From: Gemmatimonadota bacterium
GTDB lineage: Bacteria > Latescibacterota > UBA2968
Length of the DNA: 64,000 nt
NCBI GenBank assembly: GCA_026705765.1
Contig: JAPPAB010000158.1
Coordinates: 3,050 to 67,049, forward strand
Reading direction: 5' to 3'
Position numbers and translations under genes: made by a program. Within the stretch, counting starts at the first letter, position 1. Each line of letters opens with the position of its first letter. Below the pieces are notes generated by a model that was not told where the DNA came from, did no database searches, and worked only from the letters and a program-made list of their open reading frames with translations. Shown here in pieces: positions 26,978-36,169 of the stretch.

Positions 26978-27348
26978 AGGTCAAATAAGATGATTTGCGC
27001 GTGGAGAGAACCGGCCTGGCTGTGGTAATCGGGATTTTCATTCATCGCGAGAAATAGCGGGCCTTCGTAGGGTGAATAAAAATCGAAATAATTGCCCACT
27101 GAAAGAATGGGGCTATCGCCAATGCGTCCAACGAGCGCTCCCACATTTGTGCCGGGTAAGAGATATTGATCATCGGCGGGACGCCCTTCAATGCCATCGG
27201 GACCACACCAGACAATGGTAAGCGGACGCATCTCGGGAGACCACAGGCCCTCTGCAGTGATAATTACGCGCTGATCTTTTTGTATCTGGAGGTACATTTC
27301 TTGCCACACAGCGTTTGGACGAACGGTTTTGGTAATTGTGAACGCCAC
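26974..27348 (-). CDS. small PA-IL (LecA)-like beta-sandwich protein
   Basis: 124 aa, GTG start after GAGGAG. The pattern VIITAEGLWSP....VWCGPDG ... VGALVGRIGDS ... GPLFLAMNENP ... GSLHAQI parallels my recollection of LecA (VITIVAAGWAS...WGPQGD...CGALVMKIGNSG...ITLIYND...GSFSVNI). Confidence 0.5.
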   Translation of the reverse strand: MAFTITKTVRPNAVWQEMYLQIQKDQRVIITAEGLWSPEMRPLTIVWCGPDGIEGRPADDQYLLPGTNVGALVGRIGDSPILSVGNYFDFYSPYEGPLFLAMNENPDYHSQAGSLHAQIILFDL

Positions 27349-27383
27349 AGTTTCTCCTCGGTTTGGGGTATAAAACGGCTCGC

Positions 27384-27412
27384 AAAGTACGCCTGTAGAA
27401 AATACTTGTCAA
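27384..27412 (-). promoter_or_regulatory. putative sigma70-type promoter of the lectin-like/permease/SBP operon
   Basis: On the - strand: TTGACA (27412-27407), a 17-nt spacer, then TACTTT (27389-27384), about 35 nt upstream of the GTG at 27348. Confidence 0.35.
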
Positions 27413-27433
27413 GCGGAAAGTTCGAGAAAGAAA

Positions 27434-27462
27434 TTGACTCGAAATGCTGTGATTTATATTAT
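27434..27462 (+). promoter_or_regulatory. putative sigma70-type promoter of the bactofilin gene
   Basis: TTGACT (27434-27439), a 17-nt spacer, then TATTAT (27457-27462), followed by GGAGGAG and ATG 27497. It lies back to back with the divergent promoter. Confidence 0.4.
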
Positions 27463-27496
27463 GTGGATGTTGAGAAATTTTTTGGAGGAGAGGCCT

Positions 27497-27868
27497 ATGG
27501 ATCGCAACACAAATTTTGATAAGACCATGAATACTATTATTGGGCGTGGCGCAGTTTCTGAAGGTCATTTTCGAATTGAGGCTGGCGTGCGTGTAGATGG
27601 GATCTTGAAAGGGGAACTCGAGTCATCCGGTACGCTGATTGTGGGGAAGTCGGGTGTTGTCGAGGCCAATGTGAAGGTGCGCGACGCATTGATTAGCGGG
27701 CGGATTGTGGGGAATCTGGTAGCTGAAGAGAAAGTGCATTTGCAGTCGCAAGCCACTTTTATTGGGAAAATTCAAACGGGTGTCTTGATCGTTGAAGATG
27801 GTGCTGTTTTTAAGGCTGACTGCGATGCGGGCAGTGAGATACAAGAGGTGCTGCGCGAGGAAGTGTAG
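27497..27868 (+). CDS. bactofilin (polymer-forming cytoskeletal protein, DUF583)
   Basis: Repetitive beta-helix pattern: IIGRGAVSEGHFRIEAGVRVDGILKGELESSGTLIVGKSGVVEANVKVRDALISGRIVGNLVAEEKVHLQSQATFIGKIQTGVLIVEDGAVFKADC. ATG 27497 is preceded by GGAGGAG. Confidence 0.85.
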   Translation: MDRNTNFDKTMNTIIGRGAVSEGHFRIEAGVRVDGILKGELESSGTLIVGKSGVVEANVKVRDALISGRIVGNLVAEEKVHLQSQATFIGKIQTGVLIVEDGAVFKADCDAGSEIQEVLREEV

Positions 27869-27888
27869 TGCGTTTTTCAGAAGATGCA

Positions 27889-27934
27889 AGCCCAGAGCGA
27901 CCGGTATGAATGCCGATTGCTCTGGGCTTTTTTT
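27889..27934. terminator. intrinsic terminator between convergent bactofilin and RND genes
   Basis: Stem AGCCCAGAGC (27889-27898) pairs with GCTCTGGGCT (27919-27928), followed by T7. The T-run overlaps the stop codon of the - strand RND gene. Confidence 0.7.
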
Positions 27935-30900
27935 ATTGCGCGCGTGCTACGGCTGTAACGCGCTTGGCAAATTGGGAAAGGTCATCCATGAGGGAATAGA
28001 CCGTGGGCAGGAGCACGAGGGTTAAAATTGTTGAGATGGACAGTCCGGAAATAACCACCAGGCCGATTGGTCCCCAGCGTCTTGAGGTGCCTTCGGCATT
28101 GCCAAAGAGCATCGGCAATACCAGCGGCATCAGGCCAATGATCGTGGTCGTGGCGGTCATCATAATCGGACGCAAACGGTCTTGCCCACCGCGGATAATG
28201 GCATCGCGGCGAGTAAAGCCCTGCTTTCGGTATCTGTTGATGTGATCGACCAGGACAATGCCGTTGTTGACCACGATGCCAAAGAGCACGAGAAGACCGT
28301 ATTTGGCATTGCTGTCCATGGCGATTTTGAAGGTGTAGAGACCGAGCGCGACACCGATGAATGCGAAGAAGATGCAGAACATAATGGTGAGGGGATGGAC
28401 ATAGGATTCAAAGAGCGAGGCCATGATGATGTAAATGAGGATGAGTGCTAAAATCAAGGTCTCGTAGTCCTGATTCTGTTCTGCATTCATAGACCTGAAG
28501 CGCCGGTCCATTTCATAGGTGTATCCCTTGGGCAGGGGCACGCCTTCCATGCGCATTTTCATAATCTGGCCCACGCGAAATACGGCCTGCTGGTCTGTAT
28601 TGGCAAAAACCGTTACGGTTGACATACGGTCTTCGCGTCGAATGGTGTTGGTGCCCGTTGTCAGATCGAAATCCGCCAGGCTGGAGAAGGTGACCATGCC
28701 GCCGTTGTCGCTTTCAAACTCCGTTGTTTTGAGCTGTTCAAGAGTGGCGCGGTCTTCTTCGCGCAGCAGTACTGTGATGTCGATTTCACCATCGGGAGTT
28801 TTGAAATTGGAGCCACCGCGCGAGCCGAGTGCAGAGGCGATGGTGGTTGCAATATCGCGCGGCGAGAGGCCATAGCGCTGGGCGCGCTCGCGATTGACTG
28901 TGACGCGAATTTCCTCGGTTCCACTTTCGAGGCTGGTTTGTATTTCGTGAACGCCGGGCATACCCTGCATACTGGTTTCAATGTCTTCGGCCAAAATAGC
29001 CAGTGTTTCCTGGTTGCGCCCTTTGAGTTGAATGCCAGCCCCCACGGCAGAACTACCACGGCCACCTCCGGATTTAAAACGCACACCCGGAATGTCTTTG
29101 GGCAGGAGTGCCATAACTTTGCGTTGAACTTCATCTGTGGTGAGTTTGCCTTCGTCTGCCGGCGTGAGATAAAGGGTCAGGCGGGTGCCACGCCGACCGC
29201 TATATCGGCTGCCAATGGCTTCGATGTCGAGTTCGTCTTTTAAGGGGATGAGCATGTCTTCGGCAATTTTGAAGATCTCACGCGCTTGATCCACATCGTA
29301 ACTGCGGGGCATTTCAATGGTGAGCCTTACAGCGCGGCTGGGCTGATAGCGGAAGGGTTGTTGTTCTACTTTTCCGTAGATGTAGTTGCCCATAAATAGC
29401 AAGACACATGCCACCGAGAGCGTTGCCCATCGATAGTGAAGGGTGGAAGAGACCAATTTGGCATAGAGGGCTTTGGGGCCGATTGATCGGTAGCGGAAAT
29501 AGAGAAAGACGGCCAGTGCAATGACGGCGGGAAAACCGATTTTGGCAAATGTCGGAAGTTCGCTGATGGTCTTATTGAAATTTGCCCACACACCTGCATA
29601 ATCAATTTTGCTGAAGTCCGTGTAGTAAATAAGTGTACCCAGGCCGAGCGCGGCTACGAGACCGACGATGCTCTTGAGTATGCGATCGAGGATTTTACCG
29701 TCTGCATTGAATGCGCGAGAGGCTGCTAACGGGATGAGGGAGAGCGCGATACTAAATGAGGCAATAACAGATATGATCACGGTAATGGCAAAGTCGCGCA
29801 TGAAGAGCGAGGTGCGCGAATCGGTGACAAAAATGACCGGAATAAATACGCAGATGGTGGTGAGCGATGCGGCGAGGACGGGAAGTCCGATTTCATCGCT
29901 ACCTTCGAGCGCGGCGTGCCTGGCATCTTGTCCCTCTTCGAACCGCTTGCGAAAGATATTTTCGAGGGCTACGACTGCGGGATCGACGAGCATGCCGATG
30001 GCGACCATCAGACCCATCATGGAAATGAGATTGAGGGTTATGTTCGATCCGGATTGACGCATGAAATACATGATCAGGAATACGGTGAGCACGCTGATGG
30101 GGATAGCAGAGCCGATGATGAGCGTGCTGCGGAAATTGCGAAGAAATATAAAGATGGCGATGACGGCTAACAGGCCTCCCAAAATAGCAGATTGGCTGAG
30201 GCTGGCGATGCTATTTGTCACGTCGATGGATCGGTCGCGCACTATGTGCATTCGGAGCCTGTCTTTGCCGACTTCCGAGTGAATAAGGGCGAGTTCATCG
30301 CGCACGAGTTTGCAGACATCGACCATGTTGGCCGTTGAAGCTTTCTGGACTTCAAGGTTTAGCGCAGGACGGCCGTCGAGGCGTTCAAAACTGCGGGATT
30401 CGGGATAATCGTATGTGACATCGGCAACATCGTCGAGGATGAGATTGGGACGAATGGGCAGTTCGCGAATTTGATCAACGGTTTCAAATTCGCCCATACT
30501 GCGAACGGCGAGGCGTTTGCTGCCTTCGGTAACATATCCCGCAGAGACATTGATATTGTTGTTATTCAGGGCGCGATTGATGGTGCGGAAGTCCATCTTA
30601 TAGGCTGTCATGGCTTTTTGATCGACTTCGATGAGGAGGTCTTTTTCTCGCAGGCCCTCGAGTGCGACATTGGCGACGCCTTCGAGACGCTGCACTCGGG
30701 GCAGGATCATTTGATTGAATACGTTGACGAGTTCCTGGTTGTTTTCGCCAAGCCATGTGAGGGAGTATTCGAGAATGGGAAAATCTTCGGTGTCGAAGCT
30801 GCGAACGTCGATGCGATCGACATCGGCGGGCAGGTCGGCGCGAACTTGATCGAGGCGATCGCGGATGTGAACACCGATGAGGTCCATGTCCGCATCCATC

Positions 30901-31187
30901 GCAAATTCCATGCCGACGCGCGCACTGGATCCGCTGGATGAGGAACTTATGCTTTCAACGCCCGACAGCGTGCCGAGGATTTCTTCGATAGGACGCGTGA
31001 TGAATCGCTCAATTTCTTCCGGGGAAGAGGAGGGATAATTGACAGAAACAAATATGCGCGGAAATGTCAGGCTGGGCAGGTATTCGAGCGGCAGCCTGAA
31101 TAGGGATATAAAACCCATCATCATAATACTGAGCACAATCATAATGGTGCTAATGGGTTTATTAATAGCAAATTCGCTGAGTTTCAT
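27933..31187 (-). CDS. RND-family efflux transporter permease (AcrB/AcrD/AcrF type)
   Basis: 1084 aa. N-terminus MKLSEFAINKPISTIMIVLSIMMMGFISLFRLPLEYLPSLTFPRIFVSVNYP is typical of the family, and the 12-TM/two-large-loop architecture is apparent. GGAGGA RBS. Confidence 0.9.
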   Translation of the reverse strand: MKLSEFAINKPISTIMIVLSIMMMGFISLFRLPLEYLPSLTFPRIFVSVNYPSSSPEEIERFITRPIEEILGTLSGVESISSSSSGSSARVGMEFAMDADMDLIGVHIRDRLDQVRADLPADVDRIDVRSFDTEDFPILEYSLTWLGENNQELVNVFNQMILPRVQRLEGVANVALEGLREKDLLIEVDQKAMTAYKMDFRTINRALNNNNINVSAGYVTEGSKRLAVRSMGEFETVDQIRELPIRPNLILDDVADVTYDYPESRSFERLDGRPALNLEVQKASTANMVDVCKLVRDELALIHSEVGKDRLRMHIVRDRSIDVTNSIASLSQSAILGGLLAVIAIFIFLRNFRSTLIIGSAIPISVLTVFLIMYFMRQSGSNITLNLISMMGLMVAIGMLVDPAVVALENIFRKRFEEGQDARHAALEGSDEIGLPVLAASLTTICVFIPVIFVTDSRTSLFMRDFAITVIISVIASFSIALSLIPLAASRAFNADGKILDRILKSIVGLVAALGLGTLIYYTDFSKIDYAGVWANFNKTISELPTFAKIGFPAVIALAVFLYFRYRSIGPKALYAKLVSSTLHYRWATLSVACVLLFMGNYIYGKVEQQPFRYQPSRAVRLTIEMPRSYDVDQAREIFKIAEDMLIPLKDELDIEAIGSRYSGRRGTRLTLYLTPADEGKLTTDEVQRKVMALLPKDIPGVRFKSGGGRGSSAVGAGIQLKGRNQETLAILAEDIETSMQGMPGVHEIQTSLESGTEEIRVTVNRERAQRYGLSPRDIATTIASALGSRGGSNFKTPDGEIDITVLLREEDRATLEQLKTTEFESDNGGMVTFSSLADFDLTTGTNTIRREDRMSTVTVFANTDQQAVFRVGQIMKMRMEGVPLPKGYTYEMDRRFRSMNAEQNQDYETLILALILIYIIMASLFESYVHPLTIMFCIFFAFIGVALGLYTFKIAMDSNAKYGLLVLFGIVVNNGIVLVDHINRYRKQGFTRRDAIIRGGQDRLRPIMMTATTTIIGLMPLVLPMLFGNAEGTSRRWGPIGLVVISGLSISTILTLVLLPTVYSLMDDLSQFAKRVTAVARAQ

Positions 31188-31204
31188 GGTTCCTCCTTCC
31201 TACT

Positions 31205-31233
31205 TATAAAATCTGCGCGAATAGGCGCGTCAA
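31205..31233 (-). promoter_or_regulatory. possible sigma70-type promoter for the RND gene
   Basis: On the - strand: TTGACG (31233-31228), a 17-nt spacer, then TTTATA (31210-31205). This would leave a very short leader containing GGAGG, so it is weak evidence only. Confidence 0.3.
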
Positions 31234-31286
31234 TTCATTTTGGTTTTGACGAAAATAGTCGTGCGATTGTTCCCCAGATAGAAGTT

Positions 31287-31796
31287 TCAAACAATGGTTT
31301 CCACAAATACAATGCTCTCGGGATCGAGGCGACGGTAATCGGCGATCTCGTAGCGGTTGCCATCGGCGTCTCGCAGGATCACGCGCACGTCGTCAATTAC
31401 GCGCACGTCGCGCTTGCTGCTGGGGATTTCAAATACGCGGTGTCCGCGATCTGTTTCCACATCCCATGTGGGTACGTGAAAATTGGAAACAATGCTATTT
31501 ATTTTTAGAATGCGCGGCATAAAATATGCCTGTTCGAGTGCTATTTCCAATGCATCTCTGCTGTCTGGGTCGAGATCGGCCATGTCGCGCACTATGCCTA
31601 TTTCGCCGCCGTCTGAATCGTGGAGCACGATGAATTTTGTAGATGCGTTGAGGGGAAAAGCGCGTTGCACACCAATCCGCTCGTGGATTTCACCGCGCAG
31701 GTCGAGTGTGAGATCGTCAAAATTGTCGAGATACAGACGAATGTCGCGGGGCGAGAGAAGGGAGAGGTCGCTGGTCAGATTGGGGAGTGAAGACAT
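31287..31796 (-). CDS. DUF1854-like protein (ABC-transporter-associated)
   Basis: The sequence (VQRAFPL......IVLHDSDGGEIGIVRD...LD..SR..LE..L....FMP.I..I......VPTWDVETDRGHRVFEI......DVRVI...RVILRDADGNRYEI.DYRRLDPES) matches my recollection of DUF1854. ATG 31796 is chosen; the track start 31856 overlaps the ABC gene. Confidence 0.6.
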   Translation of the reverse strand: MSSLPNLTSDLSLLSPRDIRLYLDNFDDLTLDLRGEIHERIGVQRAFPLNASTKFIVLHDSDGGEIGIVRDMADLDPDSRDALEIALEQAYFMPRILKINSIVSNFHVPTWDVETDRGHRVFEIPSSKRDVRVIDDVRVILRDADGNRYEIADYRRLDPESIVFVETIV

Positions 31797-31813
31797 TGAT
31801 ATACCTTTATTCG

Positions 31814-34111
31814 CTACCACGCGCGGAGTTTGGACAGTTCGGTTTGCATGCGGCAAAGACGCGCGTAAATACCATCGTAGGCGATGAGTTCGGCGTGTGA
31901 TCCCATCTCGGCGAGTTCGCCTTTGTCGATGATGAAGAGGCGGTCTGCGTGTTTTAGCGTGGAAAGGCGATGGGCGATGGCAAAGGTCGTGCGCCCTTGC
32001 ACGAGTCTGTAAAGGGCTTCTTGAATCTGTGATTCTGTCTCGGTATCCATGCTGGAGGTGGCTTCATCGAGAATTAGAATGCGCGGGTTTCGCAGGATCG
32101 CACGCGCAATGGAGATGCGCTGCCTTTCGCCGCCCGAGAGCCGAACGCCGCGTTCACCTACGGGTGTGTCGTAACTATCGGGTAGGCGAAGAATAAAATC
32201 GTGGGCATTGGCTGTTTTGGCGGCTGCGACAATTTCATCGAGTGACGCATCGGGGTTGCCGTATGCGATGTTCTCGGCTATGGGACCATTAAATAGAAAA
32301 GGGTCTTGCAGAACGACGCCGATCTGATCGCGCAGGGATTTGAGGGTGACATCGCGGATATCGCGTCCGTCGATTAAAATCGCGCCTTCTTCAATATCGT
32401 AAAATCTGCAAATCAGATTGATCAGGGTGCTTTTGCCCGCGCCAGAATGCCCGGCAAGGCCGATCATTTCGCCGGGTTCAACGGTAAAATTGAGATTTTT
32501 GAGAATGGGTTTGCCAATTTCGTAAGAAAATGTCACGTCGTCAAATTGGATGCGCCCATCAATGGCGGGCATGGCGTATGCAGAGCGCCTGTCGGTTACG
32601 TCGGGTTGTGTATCGAGCACTTCAAAGACGCGTTCGGCAGAAGACGCGGCTCGCTGGAAGCGGTGGTTGAGGCGACAGAGGCTTTCAACCGGGCCGTAAA
32701 AACGCCACATGTACTGCGTAAATGCCACAAAGTTGCCCAGGGTCAAAGCGCCGTCGAGAACCGAGGTGCCCCCCACGAGCCATATAATCAGCGTTCCGAT
32801 AGATGTAATAAAAGCCATGACGGGACTGAAGATGCTGCGAATGCCCGCAATTTTGATTTCGCCCTTGAGAAGGTCTTCACTGCGCGTCTGAAATTTACCC
32901 ACTTCGCGGTTTTCTTGTGCAAAGGCTTTGACCACGCGCACGCCGGGAATGGTGTCGGCAAGGAGTGCGCTGATGGCAGCCCAACGCCGAAACAGGCCGC
33001 GATAGGTTCGATGCAGGCGGTGACCAAATTTGAGGGTTGCAATAATCAGAAGGGGCGTGGGGATTAAAACGAGGGTGGCGAGTTTGATATTCATCGTAAA
33101 GAGAATGATGCATATAAAGGCGATGGTAACGATGTCGCGGATGATTTCTTGCAGGCCATCGCTGATAAAATCTTGCAGGCGCCCCACATCCTGGGTGATG
33201 CTGGCCATAATGGTGCCGGTTTCGCGTTCGTTGTAGAAGCTGAGAGAATGTCGATGGAGGTGCTGATAGACCTCATTTCTGAGGTTATAGGTGATTTTCT
33301 GTCCAAGAACGGATAGGATATACGAGCGTATGGCGCGAAGGCCCGATTGCGAGAGGTTGATCAGCAGGAGCAGGCCCACGAGGAAATAGAGGATTTGGTA
33401 TCCGGTTGGTATCCCAAATATGCTGTTTGTGATGCCGCGGAAGAAGGTCGTTTCATAATCTGCAGAAGGTGCGAGTACACCATCGATGAGGTCGCGCATC
33501 AAAAGCGGTGGGGTAAGGCTAATAAAGGTCGAGGTGAGGAGCAGGGCAAGGCTCAGCGTTCCGAGTTTCCAGAAGGGACGCGCATAGGCGAGCAAGCGAT
33601 ACAGCAGTCTGCGGGTGTCGAGACAGTTGGTGCAGACTCCCACTCTGCGCGAAATGATTGTGCCGCACACGTCACACCGCCTGCCCGAAATCGCGCGTCC
33701 AAGTTGGCCTTTGGCGATTTTGTCTTCGGTTTTGCGCGCGTCTTTTACAAGAGCCTCAAGTCGGTGTGTTATCCGATTAAATTTCTGGTTCTGACCTTTG
33801 GTAAATCGCGCGAGTGTAGCGCCTGTGGTTGCGGTGCGAACTTTGAGCAAGCTGTTGCCAAACAGGTCTTTGACTTCGAGATTGGTAATTTCTGAAAGTG
33901 GGATGCGCTCTGTGTGTGGCGTGGAATCGCCATTGGGGCTAATTGCAAACAGGTGTTTATCTGTGGCGAGGAGATAAGCGATGCCATACGTGCCGTCGAG
34001 ACGGATGTCGGTACTGGCCGATAATTGAACCGTTTCGTGCGATGGGATAAGGCCATCTAAAATGTGCTGCGGAGGGATTTCCAGCAGATTTATCTCGGAA
34101 GCGTTTGCCAC
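31814..34111 (-). CDS. ABC exporter (fused TMD-NBD) with ~170-aa N-terminal extension containing a zinc ribbon
   Basis: GTG start after AGGAG. Walker A GHSGAGKST, signature LSGGERQRISIARA and Walker B ILILDEATS, with six TM helices before the NBD. The N-terminal extension has CDVCG...CTNC. Confidence 0.9.
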   Translation of the reverse strand: MANASEINLLEIPPQHILDGLIPSHETVQLSASTDIRLDGTYGIAYLLATDKHLFAISPNGDSTPHTERIPLSEITNLEVKDLFGNSLLKVRTATTGATLARFTKGQNQKFNRITHRLEALVKDARKTEDKIAKGQLGRAISGRRCDVCGTIISRRVGVCTNCLDTRRLLYRLLAYARPFWKLGTLSLALLLTSTFISLTPPLLMRDLIDGVLAPSADYETTFFRGITNSIFGIPTGYQILYFLVGLLLLINLSQSGLRAIRSYILSVLGQKITYNLRNEVYQHLHRHSLSFYNERETGTIMASITQDVGRLQDFISDGLQEIIRDIVTIAFICIILFTMNIKLATLVLIPTPLLIIATLKFGHRLHRTYRGLFRRWAAISALLADTIPGVRVVKAFAQENREVGKFQTRSEDLLKGEIKIAGIRSIFSPVMAFITSIGTLIIWLVGGTSVLDGALTLGNFVAFTQYMWRFYGPVESLCRLNHRFQRAASSAERVFEVLDTQPDVTDRRSAYAMPAIDGRIQFDDVTFSYEIGKPILKNLNFTVEPGEMIGLAGHSGAGKSTLINLICRFYDIEEGAILIDGRDIRDVTLKSLRDQIGVVLQDPFLFNGPIAENIAYGNPDASLDEIVAAAKTANAHDFILRLPDSYDTPVGERGVRLSGGERQRISIARAILRNPRILILDEATSSMDTETESQIQEALYRLVQGRTTFAIAHRLSTLKHADRLFIIDKGELAEMGSHAELIAYDGIYARLCRMQTELSKLRAW

Positions 34112-34198
34112 AGATCAACTCCTGCTAAAAAGAAAGTGTTTACTTACTTATATAAGTTACTGGAATTTGGCAAATGCGTCAAGACAAGATAGGAGTGG

Positions 34199-34244
34199 TA
34201 TCCGCAGATGGACGCAGATGGACGCAGATAGATGCAGATGAAAT
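34199..34244 (+). repeat. decamer array B: TATCC + 4 x GCAGATnnnn
   Basis: GCAGAT occurs at 34204, 34214, 34224 and 34234 (exact 10-nt phasing). The array is intergenic, 88 nt upstream of the ABC exporter start and 23 nt downstream of the DUF1992-like gene's stop. Confidence 0.9.
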
Positions 34245-34266
34245 ATTACAATCGGATAGGAGGGGG

Positions 34267-35013
34267 TCAGGCGGATTTAAAAATGCGCTGCCAGAGGGTT
34301 GGCTTTTGAGATCGCTGCCATGCTTTGAGCCGCGATTGCCAGTCGTGCGAGCATTCGGGCAGGAGGGGGAAACGCTTTTGTATGTATTCTTTCTGCGCTT
34401 CAATATTGACTTTGGCTGTGGGCGCGTATGTTGGCAAAAGCGAGCGGTTGGCGAGTTGCCGCTTTTTGCTGGCTTCGATATTTTCATGCGCGAGGCGCAG
34501 GTTTTCGAGGTAGCGATATGTCAGGTCGCGCACCCATGCGTTGTATTGTTTGCACAATCGGTCGAAGGTGCTGATGGTCTCAAGGAGATCAGATGCGCTC
34601 GCAGGCGGTGTTTCCAAATTGGGATGATATTTTTCTGGTAGTGCATTCAGACCGAGTGCTTCGCATATCTCGTTGTCGTTGGAAAATGTGCGGATGAGTG
34701 TTTGCGCGAGGGGACGAATTGCTTTTTGCAATGGCGCGATTTTTTCGCTTGCGCGTTGCAGATACTCTTCGGCCTTTTTGAGGTGTTCTTCTGCGTCTTT
34801 GCGTTCCTGGAGATGTGCGGGAAGTACATTGTTGTCGCGCAGGATTTTGCCCGCCATGCGATGTTCTGCATCGGGGCGGAAATACGCTTTTAAATCGAGC
34901 GGCTTGCCTTTGCCGGGAATATCGGTATCGTCTGATACGGCATCGCGCAGCATTTCATCGGGCGTGCGCCTTTCGGGCTTTCCATCAGGCGTGCGTCTGA
35001 TTGTTTTGTTCAC
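34267..35013 (-). CDS. DUF1992 (DnaJC28-like) domain protein
   Basis: The N-terminal block IPGKGKPLDLKAYF.......A.KIL.DN.VLP resembles the DnaJ-homolog subfamily C member 28 conserved domain. The remainder is helical and charged. Confidence 0.6.
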   Translation of the reverse strand: MNKTIRRTPDGKPERRTPDEMLRDAVSDDTDIPGKGKPLDLKAYFRPDAEHRMAGKILRDNNVLPAHLQERKDAEEHLKKAEEYLQRASEKIAPLQKAIRPLAQTLIRTFSNDNEICEALGLNALPEKYHPNLETPPASASDLLETISTFDRLCKQYNAWVRDLTYRYLENLRLAHENIEASKKRQLANRSLLPTYAPTAKVNIEAQKEYIQKRFPLLPECSHDWQSRLKAWQRSQKPTLWQRIFKSA

Positions 35014-35128
35014 TATATTCCTCCGGGAATTTGGCGGGTAAGTCAGTTGTGGTAAATATACCCAGAACCGGGTCTCATATCAAGAAGCAGAATAGCAATT
35101 GTTTTTTATTTCAAATAGGAGATCGCAT

Positions 35129-36160
35129 ATGATCATTACACATGTTCGCGCAGTACAGCCCGATGCGGATCGCGCACCTGGTGGTTGGCGCGGATCTATT
35201 GGACAGATTCTGGTGCGGATTGATACGGATGATGGGTTGTCGGGATACGGTGTTGGTGGCGGCGGCCCGGCGGGTATTCACGTGGTTCAGACGGTGTTGC
35301 GCGAGGTCTTGATTGGCGCAAATGCCGGGGATGTCGAGGGATTGTGGGATGCGATGTATCGCCATACCGCGGCTTATGGTCGCAAAGGGATTGCGATGAT
35401 GGCGATTAGTGGCGTGGATTTGGCATTGTGGGATTTGCGGGGCAAGCGGGCGAATAAACCGCTCGTCGAAGTGCTGGGTGGAACGCGAATGGCAGTGCCA
35501 TCTTATCGCACGGGGTGGTCTCGGGATGATCTTGAAGGCGCACTCGCGCTGGGCTATAAGGCATTAAAATTTGGCATTGGTGGGATAGATCCCCACACTG
35601 AACTGAATGCCATAGCCGATTTTTTTGCGGATGTGCGAGCAACCGTGGGTGACGATATTCAGTTGATGTGCGATGCGTCAATGTCGTGGGATGTGGAGGG
35701 CACGTTGCGCGCTGCGGATCGGTTGGCTGAGTTCAATTTGGACTGGTTGGAAGAGCCGCTTTTGCCAGAGGATTTTGACGGCTATGAACGGTTGATGCGC
35801 GAGAGTCCTATTCCAATTGCGAGTGGCGAGCACGAATATACGGCGCGCGGATTTGAGGATCTGATGCAGAGGGGGTTACACGCTATTTATCAACCGGATG
35901 TGTGCTGGTGCGGGGGATTGACAGAGTTGGTGAAAATTTACGCGTTGGCGAAGGATTACGATGTCGCGGTGTGTCCACATCGCGGGGGAGAGGTGTGGGC
36001 ACTGCACGCGATTGTCGCGCTCGATCCCGATCCCCTGGCTGAAAGTGAACGTCCCTGGATGACGTGGGTGCGCGATCAGCCAAGAGTAATGGATGGCAAA
36101 ATTGCGCCAGGTGAGGGACCGGGTTTTGGGGTGTGGTTCGACGATGATCTGTGGGAATAA
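35129..36160 (+). CDS. enolase-superfamily enzyme (mandelate racemase / muconate lactonizing enzyme family, sugar-acid dehydratase-like)
   Basis: Capping-domain start MIITHVRAV, then ISGVDLALWDLRGK. Likely metal ligands are in MCDASMSW, DWLEEP and ASGEHEY. ATG 35129 follows the AGGAG-like sequence ATAGGAGA. Confidence 0.85.
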   Translation: MIITHVRAVQPDADRAPGGWRGSIGQILVRIDTDDGLSGYGVGGGGPAGIHVVQTVLREVLIGANAGDVEGLWDAMYRHTAAYGRKGIAMMAISGVDLALWDLRGKRANKPLVEVLGGTRMAVPSYRTGWSRDDLEGALALGYKALKFGIGGIDPHTELNAIADFFADVRATVGDDIQLMCDASMSWDVEGTLRAADRLAEFNLDWLEEPLLPEDFDGYERLMRESPIPIASGEHEYTARGFEDLMQRGLHAIYQPDVCWCGGLTELVKIYALAKDYDVAVCPHRGGEVWALHAIVALDPDPLAESERPWMTWVRDQPRVMDGKIAPGEGPGFGVWFDDDLWE

Positions 36161-36169
36161 CCCATTAAG

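Noticed and set aside
27349-27433. Looked for a TPP or other riboswitch in the leader of the NMT1/THI5-like binding-protein operon
   Set aside because: The leader is only ~35-85 nt and lacks the conserved CTGAGA/ACCTGA-type TPP elements or any extended structure. Only promoter-like hexamers are visible.
34199-34244. Considered whether the tandem arrays (also 3764-3794, 48261-48294, 49429-49453, 49881-49911, 20557-20646 and 61577-61670) are CRISPR arrays
   Set aside because: The units are only 8-10 nt, directly abutting with no unique spacers. No cas genes are present in the window.
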